Below are positions 10,160-21,129 of a DNA stretch of 64,000 nt, in pieces. The notes beneath the pieces are model-generated. The model had not been told where the DNA came from. It ran no database searches and was given only the letters and a program-made list of their open reading frames with translations. This DNA comes from Hydrolagus colliei (taxonomy: Eukaryota). Where the stretch lies: contig CM068771.1 of the NCBI GenBank assembly GCA_035084275.1, forward strand, positions 4,030,001-4,094,000, written 5' to 3'. Made by a program: the position numbers and the translations under genes. The stretch's first letter is position 1. Each line of letters starts with the position of its first letter.

Positions 10160-13100
10160 TTAAATTCTCACCGAGCAGATGGTCAGGGGCTCCGAATTTC
10201 CTCCCTCCTCGTTATACCAGGGACTGAAGAGAGGGTAGAGTTTCTCAGTGAAATTGTGGGTGAAAGTGTGCAGATGAGACATGTTATCGGGGTTGTAAAA
10301 TGACACCTGTCCCCCCTCATAGTCCAGGAACACTCCGATCTTCCCGGGTCTCACTGTCAGGGGCAGGCGGCTACGATGGGAGGTCAGAGCGTAATAGTCC
10401 ACACCGATCAAACACACGCACCAGACCCCACCCTCTGAGATTGGTTCTTTCCTGTCGACGGACTCTCTGGCCACCCCCACAATCCAGTCAGTCTTGTTGC
10501 CCACCCGCACCTCCCAGTAGTGTCCCCCCGACATGAAGCCTTCAGTTCCCAGCACAAACGGCCAGTTACTGAACCTCTTCGGGGTGTCGGGGAGCAGCTG
10601 CTGCTCATCTCCGGCTCTTACACCGGTCAGGTCCTCGGACAAGATCAGCTGAGGATGGGCAGTGTCAGGATCCAGAGTGATTGTAACTAGAGTGAGAATC
10701 AGACCATTACTCGAACAGTGAAACACATTTACAGCAATCAGTTCCTTATTTTGTTTCCGCCGCTTGGCTAGGTGTGTGCTCTGAGTGTCTGGCGATATAT
10801 CGATATATCGGTTATATTGGTATAATTTGTTATGCCGATATTGGAAATTTGAATATATCAAAAAATTCAGTATTTTAAAAAATCGATATATCACAAATAT
10901 CGGTATATAGTGTCCGCCGATATATCGATACATGGTTATAATATAAAATATAATATATAAAAGTATAATATAAAACTTTTTCAACATACCTTGTCGCCGG
11001 CATTGCAATCCTCCTGGGCCTAGAGCACGCACCTCCGAATGCGCGCGCATACACAGGTGATATCGATATATCGGTATACAACGATATGAGCCCACCAATA
11101 TATCGATATCGGAAAGTTTCCATATCGACGGACCCTAGTGCTCTGTGACGCTGGATGCCACAGTGCCATGGTCAGCCAAAGTGGCCAGAAGGTGTAATTG
11201 CTTTGCATGTGTATGTACCAGGGATGTGCAGGCGGGGTAGGGCAGGGTGGGGCAGTGCCTCGCCTTATGAAAATAAAAACTGTAACTTGCGGATGACTAT
11301 TTAATGGTTTATATGATTACAGTGCACATTTTTACATAATGCAAACGATTTTTAGTAGAAACTGCCAAAGTTATTCAACTAATTTTATTTAATAATTATT
11401 TAAATTGTCTAACTGTGATTTGATACGCCTGCGCCTTAAAAGCAACAGAAAGGCAGCGAGATGCCGTGCCTTTTCTACCCATTGAGTTGAATGTAGTTCC
11501 GACGCGCAGGCGCCTTCCTTTCTCAGTGTCTCAGTGACGGGAGACGTAGGCACAAGCCGCCGCGTGCCTTTCCTCTTTCCGTCCATCGATATCAGATCGC
11601 ATTGAAATGCCATCTCCGTGCAGGCGTATTTGCGGAACAAAACGATTGCGAAAAAGGCAGAGTCCGCTGCTGCCTTTGCCAAAGGTTAGTGACGGACTGA
11701 GGGAAGGGCCTACCCTGTCATTTTACCTACCGCAAGTCACTGGTTTGTACCTATGTATGTAAGAACGTATGTAAGTATGCGCTTTGTGACACACACTTGA
11801 CGCTTTGTAAGTTTGTAAGAGATTCCAGGAGCTACACTCAGACTGGTCAGTCCCAGTGTTTGTCGATGAATGCGGGGCAAGGTTATGGGCACAGTACGTC
11901 TTTTCCTGGTTACTGAGACTCTTACCTGCGTAGGGGGTAAACTTCCTCCTCTCTGGAAACAAGAAGAAAGGAGAAGGTGATCAGGAGACTGACAACTGCC
12001 AGCATATGCAGGTAAGGAACATTTTCACGTTTGAAGGTAATGTACAATCGGTGAGTGTTTGGAAAGCCTCTGACTCTTATCAATCAATCAAAACGTACAT
12101 TTATGTGGCGCCTTTCACGTCGAGAGGACGTCCCAAGGCACTGTACAGTCAGGTAGGGACAAGAGCAGGGGGGTAGGGGTCGGGGCAGGATTAAGGAGAG
12201 TAGGAGAATTGACTGTATATCTGTGGGCTTACACTGTTAAGAGCACTGAGATGTCACCCAGCATGGCGGGCGCTGTACAAGTGCAAGTTGGGCAGTTGCC
12301 GTGAAGTGAATTTTACAAGCCAAGAAAAGATGCTCATTCCAGTGTTTAAATCCCTCGATGCCTTGGAATCTCCCATCTCTCCAAACGCGTCTCCCTTCCT
12401 TCGCTGACCTGCCAAGCCTTAAGCCACAAAAGCCCCAAAGCTATGGAACTCCATCCTTCAAACCCTTCGCCTTTCCCCTTGATCTTCATTTTCAGGTTGC
12501 GTCTGAAGACCTTCCTCTTTGACCGTGTCTCTGATCACCTTCAGGTTCCACCAATATTAAGTCCCGTGGGTTACTGCCCCTCATGGATGGGATTATATGA
12601 ATGCAACTTGTTGTTGCTGTCAACTAACATTTATCTCTCTGGCTCTCAGATTTTATGCTGTTTGGAGTTCAGGTGATCTTATATCAATTAGCTTTTATGA
12701 CAACAAGGACAGCCATATATGATTTTACTTACCCAGTCTTCTCTGAAGATCTGTTGAATACAAAAAATGAAAATTGTTACCCAGCAAAAATTGTAATAAT
12801 AATAAAATAATAAATACTGTTTATGAATACAGTTTCACGCTGATGGATAATCTAAATGGTGTTTAAAAAAGTCATGTTACCCCACCATTTTTGTTCCCCT
12901 TACAATATGAATTTATATTTTGTCAGACTGCGCAGTAGCTGAAACAATCTATTGGAGATCCATTTCACCGCATCACTCCATCGTGTCGCAGAAGGTGNNN
13001 NNNNNNNNNNNNNNNNNNNNNNNNNNNNNNNNNNNNNNNNNNNNNNNNNNNNNNNNNNNNNNNNNNNNNNNNNNNNNNNNNNNNNNNNNNNNNNNNNNNN

Positions 13101-16100
13101 NNNNNNNNNNNNNNNNNNNNNNNNNNNNNNNNNNNNNNNNNNNNNNNNNNNNNNNNNNNNNNNNNNNNNNNNNNNNNNNNNNNNNNNNNNNNNNNNNNNN
13201 NNNNNNNNNNNNNNNNNNNNNNNNNNNNNNNNNNNNNNNNNNNNNNNNNNNNNNNNNNNNNNNNNNNNNNNNNNNNNNNNNNNNNNNNNNNNNNNNNNNN
13301 NNNNNNNNNNNNNNNNNNNNNNNNNNNNNNNNNNNNNNNNNNNNNNNNNNNNNNNNNNNNNNNNNNNNNNNNAAATACAATTAGTGTGACAATTGTTCCA
13401 TCAAAATTTGCTCCATCAAAACAAACAATGTTGTGGGACTTATTGAGAGATGTTACTGATGGAAACGTACCTTTGATCTCTCTGCGCTGTTTTACACTGT
13501 AGCCGACAAGAACACTCATCACCATTATGGCAAGTCCTAAGAGCAGTGAGGAAACCGTCAAATCCACTGGCACTTTGGGAAAGAACTCGTCTGTCAAGAA
13601 ATATAAAGAGACATTTAATGGATGCAGAGTGGCAGCCTGACTCAGCCATATTGCTCTTCTCTCTGAGTCAGAACATTGTGGATTTAGGTCCCCACGTTGA
13701 GATTTTGGATCACCTAGTCTAAGCCACTGGTTCCCAACCTCGGGTCCCAACCCAAATCAGGGTCGCGGGGGGTCCTCAGTTGGGTCGCGAAGGGTCATCA
13801 GAAATTTTTGTTGCTTTTTTTTAATGTTGTAACTTTTGCTTAATGTGGAAAATGCTTTTTTAGCGCTAAAAAAAAGTACCCGAGGAGATACCGCTGACCA
13901 ATTTGAGTGAAAGGCCGTATTTACGAGTTGCGCTGAGTCCACAAAAACAGATGGAGATAATGTTTTGGCTGAGCTACGCTTCAGTCACAATGCACGCATA
14001 CATCACCTCACGGCTGGACTATGGAAACTCTCCTCGTCGGCCTCCCCAGTTCCTCCATTCACAGGCTGCAGGTCATTCAAAACTCTGTAGCCCGTGTACT
14101 ATCCCGCACCCGCCTCCGCGACCACATAACCCCCACCCTCGCCCGTCTCCACTGGCTCCCCATCCTCCAGAGGATCGAGTTCAAGATCCTCGTCCTCACC
14201 TTCAAGGCCTTACACGGCCTTGCCCCGCCCTATTTAACAGATCTACTCTCCCCCTACACGCCCACCTGGACCCGTTCAACAGGACTTGACCTGCTCCAAG
14301 CCCCCGCCCGAACCGCCCCACCATCGGAGGCCGGGCCTTCAGTTTCTCCGCTCCCACCCTATGGAATGCCATCCCTCAATCCCTCCGTTTCGTCTCTTCC
14401 CTTTCCTCTTTCAAGGCCGGTTTGAAGACTTTCCTCTTCGATCGTGCCTTTTGTTCCACCCCGAACTCTTTTACCTCCCCTTCGTGTTTCACCCCTTCCC
14501 AAACACTCCCCTCCCAGCTCGGGTCACACGCCTCCTGTGCAGCGCCTTGGGACGTCCTCCCGACGTGAAAGGCGCTCTATAAATGTAATTTGTTGTTGTT
14601 GTTGTTGTTGTTGTCCACAATGTCGCCCCCTAAGGGTGGGAGGACCTGTTGGAGGCTAATTTGGGTTGCAGCAAAAATAAATGGGGACGCGAGGACCTGT
14701 TGGTGGTTAATTTGGATCACAGTGAAAAAATGTTGGGAACCCAACGTTGTGTTAGGTCTAAGCTGAAGTGTAGTGCTGGGGGTGGGGGGTGCTACATTGT
14801 TGGAGGTGCCATCCTTCAGATAAGACTGACGTCCAAAATTCTACCAGTTAGGCTGGTTCAATGGTTGAGTTCTATTTGGGTTTTAATACTGAAGAGACTT
14901 TCGCAATCCTCTCTAGGATTCCGAAAGTCAGTTACTGAGTGTTGTTAAGCTAATTAATTGTTAATGTTGTACAGTGCGAATTTCATCCAACGTGAACGAA
15001 AAGGAGATGTAAACATTACCGACCTGTAACTTTCAACTCGATCACTCGCTCCTCATACCATCCAGCGTACTCAACGAAACAGGTGTACGTTCCGTTATCT
15101 GACACCCGCACGTCTTCCAGTCTGAGAGACACATTGCCGTTCGTAAACTCCGCTGCAAACAGCTGTGTTCTGCCTCTGTAGCTTTGCTTCTGTTTGTCCA
15201 GTTGATCGCGTCCCGCCTTGTATAAGTGCACAGGGGGTTCGTATCTCAACCTGAACCATCTCACCTCCACACCCACTAGTGGCAGGTTTGTGGAACACTT
15301 ACAGTCCAGGACAACATGCGAACCAACAGTGGCTGGGACAGGGAGGGCAGGGCCACTGACTGTGAATCTCTCTGTTTAGTAACAAACATTGGATAGATTT
15401 AGGATTCATAAAAACATAAGAATTAGGAGCAGGAGGAGGCCATTCGGCCCCTCAAGCCTGCTCCGCCATTCAATAAGATCATGGCTGATCTTCTGACCTA
15501 ACTCTGATTACCTGCCCTATTCCCATATCCCCTAATCCCTCTATTTCTCAAAAATCTCTCAGTCTCAGCCTTGAAAATGTTCAAGGACTGAGCGTCTACA
15601 GCCTTCTGGGGGAGTGAATTCCATAAATTCACTACCCTCTGAGTAAGAAATGTTTCCTCAACTCTGTTCTAAAAGGCTGACCCTTAATTTTAAGACTGTG
15701 ACCCCTGATTATAAGATTCTCCTATCAGGGGAAACAGTCCCTCAGTGTCTATCTAGCCCTTTAAGAATCTTATATGTTTCAATAAGATCCCCCCTAATTC
15801 TTCTGTACTCTAGAGAATACAGCCCTAGTTTATTCAACCTATCCTCATAGGTCAGTCCCCTCATCCCAGGAACTAACCTAGTGAATCTAACCTAGTGAAT
15901 TCACTCAGACAAAGGCTATTTAGAATAGTGAAGGGCTTGGTTCAGGATAATTCCCTTCACTCATATAAGTGAATAAACATGTTTCTGCTTAAGGTTGATA
16001 AACAGAGTACGGAGGAGAAAGGAAACGTGCCTTTGGTTTAGCCCCACCTGTATTTGGAACCTAAATGCCTTTGTTCATCCGCTGGCATATATATTATCAG

Positions 16101-16255
16101 CTGCCAGTGTGTGAATCACACTCACTCCCAGCCACCGCCTTTGCCTTCAGCAATTTAACACAAACAGAAATCAAACAGATACAACATGTTTCCTTACCAG
16201 CCAGTGAGAGGGGGAGCGCGAGCCAAAGGACCCGAATACAGAGTTTCCAGATCAT
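10160..16255 (-). CDS. Butyrophilin-like gene A, predicted 365 aa. Signal peptide 16255-16198, IgV 15371-15024, TM 13590-13471, 18-nt exon 12750-12733, 27-nt exon 11952-11926, PRY/SPRY (B30.2) 10686-10160
   Basis: All junctions are GT-AG phase 1 and join in frame: [19 protein letters not shown] / RFTVSGP..DCKC..VRW..GNVSLRL..DNGTYTC / EFFPKVP..TM / LQRRL / RRKFTPYA / [36 protein letters not shown]. Each exon has a counterpart in gene B. An assembly gap (12998-13372) in one intron could hide extra small exons. Confidence 0.85.
10785..11138. mobile_element. Non-autonomous DNA transposon (hAT-like MITE rich in GATATCGATAT subterminal repeats)
   Basis: Imperfect inverted ends (gtgtctggcgatat / atatcgacggaccctag) and repeated atatcgatat motifs, in the last intron of gene A. 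Confidence 0.55.
11219..11742. mobile_element. hAT-type MITE
   Basis: CAG...CTG ends flanked by an 8-bp duplication GTATGTAC/GTTTGTAC (7 of 8 match). Confidence 0.6.
12998..13372. other. Assembly gap (N run)
   Basis: Run of N. Confidence 1.
13725..14755. mobile_element. hAT-Charlie-like MITE interrupted by an L2 insertion
   Basis: CACTGGTTCCCAACC left end; exact 8-bp TSD GTCTAAGC (13717-13724 and 14756-14763); related copies at 23369-23702 and about 57885-58145. Confidence 0.8.
13991..14614 (+). mobile_element. 5'-truncated young L2 LINE
   Basis: Nearly identical by eye to 63497-64000; (TTG)n tail; CACAATG duplication on both sides. Confidence 0.85.
14850..14947 (-). pseudogene. Decayed remnant of the 3' half of the IgC exon of butyrophilin-like gene A
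   Basis: Aligns by eye to gene B IgC (about 27447-27536): ggttcaatggttgagttctatttgggttttaatactgaagagac vs ggttgaatggattatttctatttgacttttaacactgaagagac. TGG>TGA and TCA>TGA stops, a 7-nt length difference, and no 5' half or acceptor. Confidence 0.85.
15408..15900 (-). mobile_element. CR1-clade LINE 3' fragment
   Basis: CATAAGAATTAGGAGCAGGAG..GGCCATTCGGCCCCTCAAGCCTGCTCCGCCATTCAAT tail typical of shark CR1/HE1-type repeats; similar piece at 57545-57600. Confidence 0.7.
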
Positions 16256-18649
16256 CTTCTCAGGGCCTGCCCAGTGAGATCACAGCTAGTTATAACACAG
16301 CAGCAAATCAGATCATTACACACAGAGGTTTGTGATCTAGCTATACTAATCAAGATGAAATCTGTGTGTGCGTATATCCCTAAGTCAAGCCAATAACACA
16401 ATAATTGATTGATGTAGAGACATGATTTATACCTCATCAGAAAGTTCTTGCAAAGTGAGAGTGCCATGGGCATATTTTTTCAGAGAACCTCCTATGGTTG
16501 CTGAGCTTTATTTAAAAACATACTTTAATTTAGACAACTATATAACGTATGCGCGTCATACTGCAACAAAGCTGCAACAGAAGAAATCACACAGGAAGAC
16601 ACGTCTATACTTGTTCCAGAAATATATTATATTCTGAAACAAAGCTGCGACAGAGAAAACACAGGCATATTTTAAGGGGCGATCTCCTATCATTAAGTAA
16701 AGCGTAATAATCTAATATAAAATCTAATAATATGATGTAAGTACAATAATATAACAGAAAGTACAATAATATTGAAATGTACATTCCCTGTTTGATCCTT
16801 CGGTTGCAAATGCAGCTGTACACGAGCAAAGCTGGTAATTAGTAAAAAATATTCAAATGTAAATGAACAATTCTGTGATCTTACAATATTTACTTGGCAT
16901 TTACACACACAGCAGAACAAACTGCCTTCTCTGTTGGAATAATGATCTGGGCTGTTTAATGTGACAGACCCCCCCCCACACTGGGGGGGTCTCCATGAGG
17001 TAGTTTTGAGGAAGAAACATGTTATTTTTAACTGCTATAATGTGCTCCTCTCCTCCACCTACTCAGAGCTGCTCCTTATTCACCTCCAGCGAGGTCCATG
17101 TCGGAGACGAAGGCAGGTCCCATTCCCCTCACTCCTCACTGGCCTCCAATTCTCAGCGTTTAAAACAACGAACTGGTAATAAACTGACTGCAGCCGCTCT
17201 GGCTTTATCATTTACGCAAACCTGACGTCCTCAATTTACATCAACGATCTTAAACACAGAGAGCATCTATTTCAGATTTAAACTCTACATCACCTGAGGT
17301 AAAGAGAAAACCAGACATTCCTATCACTGCGATACAGTAAAAAGTATTTTTTGCTCGTAAACAATTCCAATGTCATTTTAGGCAACAATTTCTGATGCGT
17401 ACCTGTTGGTGCTTTGCCTTCAAAGAGAAAGAATCTTCACAGGCAAATCCAGTATTCAACGTGTGACCGGGAATGTGATGATTCCCCGGTTTGTCAAAGC
17501 GTCCCGTGAGTTTCCGCGGGTATCACATCACAAAAGAATGTACAACAAACAAACAGGCGATTCAGTCAAACCGGTCCGTGCAGTGATTATAGTCCGCAGG
17601 CATCTTCATTCATTCTTTGGCTCCCTCCCATACCCATCTATTCACCTCTACCTCACATTAAGCTCTAGCTTTGTCTTACACACGCCTGATAATAACCCTT
17701 CCACCCCCCAAAAAAAACCAACCAATAAGAAATATTGGTCATTTCAATCTACGACTGTTTGTAGGGGGGGGACGCTGATGTGCGCAATCGGCTGCCGCGT
17801 TTCGCCCACAAATATCCAGTCGATTCACTTTACAGTATATTCTGCGAAGCGTTTTGAGACGTCGATAAGATGTGAAAAGTGTTGTATCAAATGTGAGGAT
17901 TATTATTATTATTATTATTATTATTAGCTAAACATTTTGTCCGCAGAATATATGGTCAATCCAACTTACAATCTATTGTCAAAGTCACGTGCTATATCGA
18001 AAGCAAGGATGACTGTAACTTGTGATTCAACCATCACTTCAGGCAGCGGGTTCCACAATCTCTCTCCCTGCCCTCTCCCCCACCTTGCCTCTCCCCCACG
18101 CTCGGGTCCCAACTCCTGACTGTTCAGCACTTTGGGATGTCCCCCCGACATGAAAGGGGCTCCATAAATATAATTTTGTTGATGCTGTTGTTATATAGTG
18201 TTGGTTACAATGTGTGACAGTGTTCATACGCGCAGTGTGTGTGAGACAGTGTGTCTCAATCTGAAACAATCTGGGCAGGGAGGTATACACTTAATTGAAA
18301 AACTGATCCGCAAAACATGTACAGCACAGAAACAGGCCAAACTGGTCCGAGAACACTGCACATCAGTATCCACCCATTCCTTACTCCCTCAGCTTCCATT
18401 CAGTCCTCCTCTCTTTTCATGTGACTGTCTCCTGACTGTGCTCAAAGGGAGTGTCTTAAAAATATTTGCGCTTTCCTCTGTGTGTTATTAAACTGTCTAC
18501 ACTCCCAATAAAGGCTGTGAGTGGAGTAGAAACAGGGAGGGTATTCAAGACCCACCTTGTGTAGTGTTATTTAAAACGCAAAATGCAATGTAGATTCAAT
18601 TGGTCCTTTAATTCAAACTTTACAAGTCAACCTTTGCTTCAAACAAATA

Positions 18650-19316
18650 CTGTATATCTCCGCGTATAAGGCGCACTTTTTTGCACGTGGGAAGATCTCG
18701 AAAGTTGGGGGTGCGGCCTTTTCGCAGATACAAGAAATTTTGAGCCTCGGAAACACAGTAAACAGGAGGGGCGGCCGGCGCGCTGTCAGCCGGGGTTTGG
18801 TCAGTGTCCGGCGGGGGTTGGGGGGAGCGGGTGACGGGGCTTCGGCCTCGGCCGCCCGGGCAGCGGCAGCAGCAGCGGACTTCAGTGCTGTGCCTGCTGC
18901 CTGCCTTCTGCCAAACCCAGTCTGCCTGCCTCACTCCCCGCCGCTCTCCCTCCCTCCCTCCCCTGCCGCTCTCTCTCCCTGCCTGCCTGCCTGCCTCTTC
19001 CCTCCCTCCGTCCCTCCCTGCCAGCGTGCCGGCCCGCCTCTCTCCCTCTCCCTCTCTCTCTCCCTGGCTGCCGGCCTGCCTCTCTCCCTCTCTCTCTCCC
19101 TGGCTGCCTGCCTGACTGCCTCCCTCCCTCCCTGCCTCCCTCTCTCCCTCCCTGCCTGTCTGCCTCTCTCTCTCCCTACCTACCTGTCTCTCCTGACTCT
19201 CCTCCCTTCTGCCGTCAATATCATTGAAAATGCTTCAGTTTTTGTTCACCAAGAAAAGGTCAAAAGTGGGGGGTGCGCCTTATACGCGGGTGCGCTTTAT
19301 ACGCGGAGATATACAT
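18650..19316. mobile_element. Tc1/mariner-superfamily (Tc2/pogo-like) MITE with a GC-rich, (CCTG)/(CT)-repeat interior
   Basis: 26-bp TIRs with one mismatch (tgtatatctccgcgtataaggcgcac / gtgcgctttatacgcggagatataca), flanked by TA. Confidence 0.8.
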
Positions 19317-21129
19317 TATATATTGATCGATATAAAAACATATGTTTATTTCTATCCCAAAATAATTAAATTGGAAACGCACTCGTGACAGAAAACAAAC
19401 AGCGCCATCGTTTAAACTGTGACAAAACGCAAAATCCAGGCCGGACGGCATCTCAGCGCACTTCACAATGGCGGATCCCGGGACCGAGCCTGGAGCAAGG
19501 GGAGAAAGGTGACCAAAGGCGCGGTCGGAGAGACGATCATACACTAATCCCAACCGCAGCGTCCGTTGGAACTTGGTGCTGGACTTTACAATCACCCACA
19601 TTCCCCTTATAGGACCAGGGCCCTCCTCGCTTCTCTACGTTGCTGCCTTTATCTACAGGGAGTAGTTACAAACAGAATAATCCCAGCTCTGTCATCCGTC
19701 ACTTACCGGATGGCAAGTCAAACAAAAAACCCACACTCCGATGCTCCCCCCCCTCGGCTCAACTGTGGTTAAATGGTCCAGCTTCTTGGGTGATTGATAT
19801 CCTCCCTAAATCTGTGACCTTCTAACCCCCACCAAACTGTCCGCTCCCTCTGCTCCCCACCTTGTCCACCCTCGGGTTTTTATGAGGTATGACCCTGAGG
19901 TAAGGTAGTACATTGATGGGTGGGAATCAGCCCTTCATCCAGCACGCCACCTTCAAGTCCCATTTCAAGACTGTCTACTTCAACCGTGTCTTCAGTCACC
20001 TGCCCCACAATCCTGATCCCAATCAAACAGCTTGGGTGTGGATCCCTGTCTATCCAGGGCCTTTGGATGCCTTCCTGATCAGAAAGCCGCCATGTAAATT
20101 TAATTTGTTATTGCTGTTTTTGTATGTATCAGGGGTTGAGGGTTAAGGGTAGGTGTAGCAGAGTGTGTAGAGTATGGATAATGAGAGGACATCAGATAAT
20201 GACGTAACATGATTTAATGTAAATTGATCTAGTATTTTACAATTGTATTTGGGATATTAATATCACAGACGGGACCACAGTTTAATGAACGATAAAAGTC
20301 TAGCTTTTTGGGTGATTGCTACAGTAAATGAGAAATGTTATAAAGTATAGCACTGAAAATACACATGGTTTGTACTCAATGAAGTGAGGCCGAAAGTGTG
20401 GTCAAAGTGGAGGGTCTGAGGTTTGCGTTGGTATGCAACGGGAAGGGAATTTGTACTTCTGCTCCTCAGTTAACGTTGGGGATGTGTTCTTGAAAAATGC
20501 GATTTTAACTGAAACGACTGATAATAAAACCCAAATTACCATCGTCATAATGATATGAGTAGGGGTTACCTGCCCTTGGTACATTTCTTGTCTAAATATT
20601 CTTATACAAACAGTAAATAAAGAGCAAAAACAACACTACCACTATTGAGAATTGAAATAAATGTTTAATGAATACCAATATACCACTTAGATAATAATAC
20701 AACAACGAGAAAACTTATTGTGTTGGGCAGGCTGGAGCCTGGTGAGTGCCAGGAGTGGACAGGTTGCAAGCCCCTGCAGCCCCTCCACTTGCCCCCTTTC
20801 CTCCTTCAAGGCCGGTCTCGAGGCCTTCCTCTTCGACCGTGCCTTCTGCTGTCCTCCTAACTCTCCTTCCCCCTACCCCTACCCTCCCACCCCCACTCCG
20901 ATCCCAACCTGACTGTTTAGCGCTTTGGGACGTCCTCCTGATGTGAAAGGCGCTTTATAAGTGCTATTTTGCTGTTGTTGTTGTCGTCGTTGTAGTGAGA
21001 TACGAGGGGCGAGCTGGTGGGAGACTCTACAGCAAGGGCTGGTGCAAATCACTTTCCGTCACAAACTCAGCTCAAAATGGGCTGGGGGAGAAGCACAGAA
21101 TCAAAAGCTCCAATCCATTCTCCTCCTCA

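Noticed and set aside
10687-11098. N-terminal extension of the 312-aa ORF 10160-11098
   Set aside because: Intronic read-through across a MITE. The real exon starts at the acceptor at 10686, as in the paralogue.
12920-13470. ORFs spanning N runs (also 35954-36565)
   Set aside because: Artefacts of translating assembly gaps.
17460-17500. NF-kB sites upstream of BTN gene A
   Set aside because: GGGAATGTGA and GGGGAATCAT do not fit GGGRNNYYCC, and they are not conserved in gene B.
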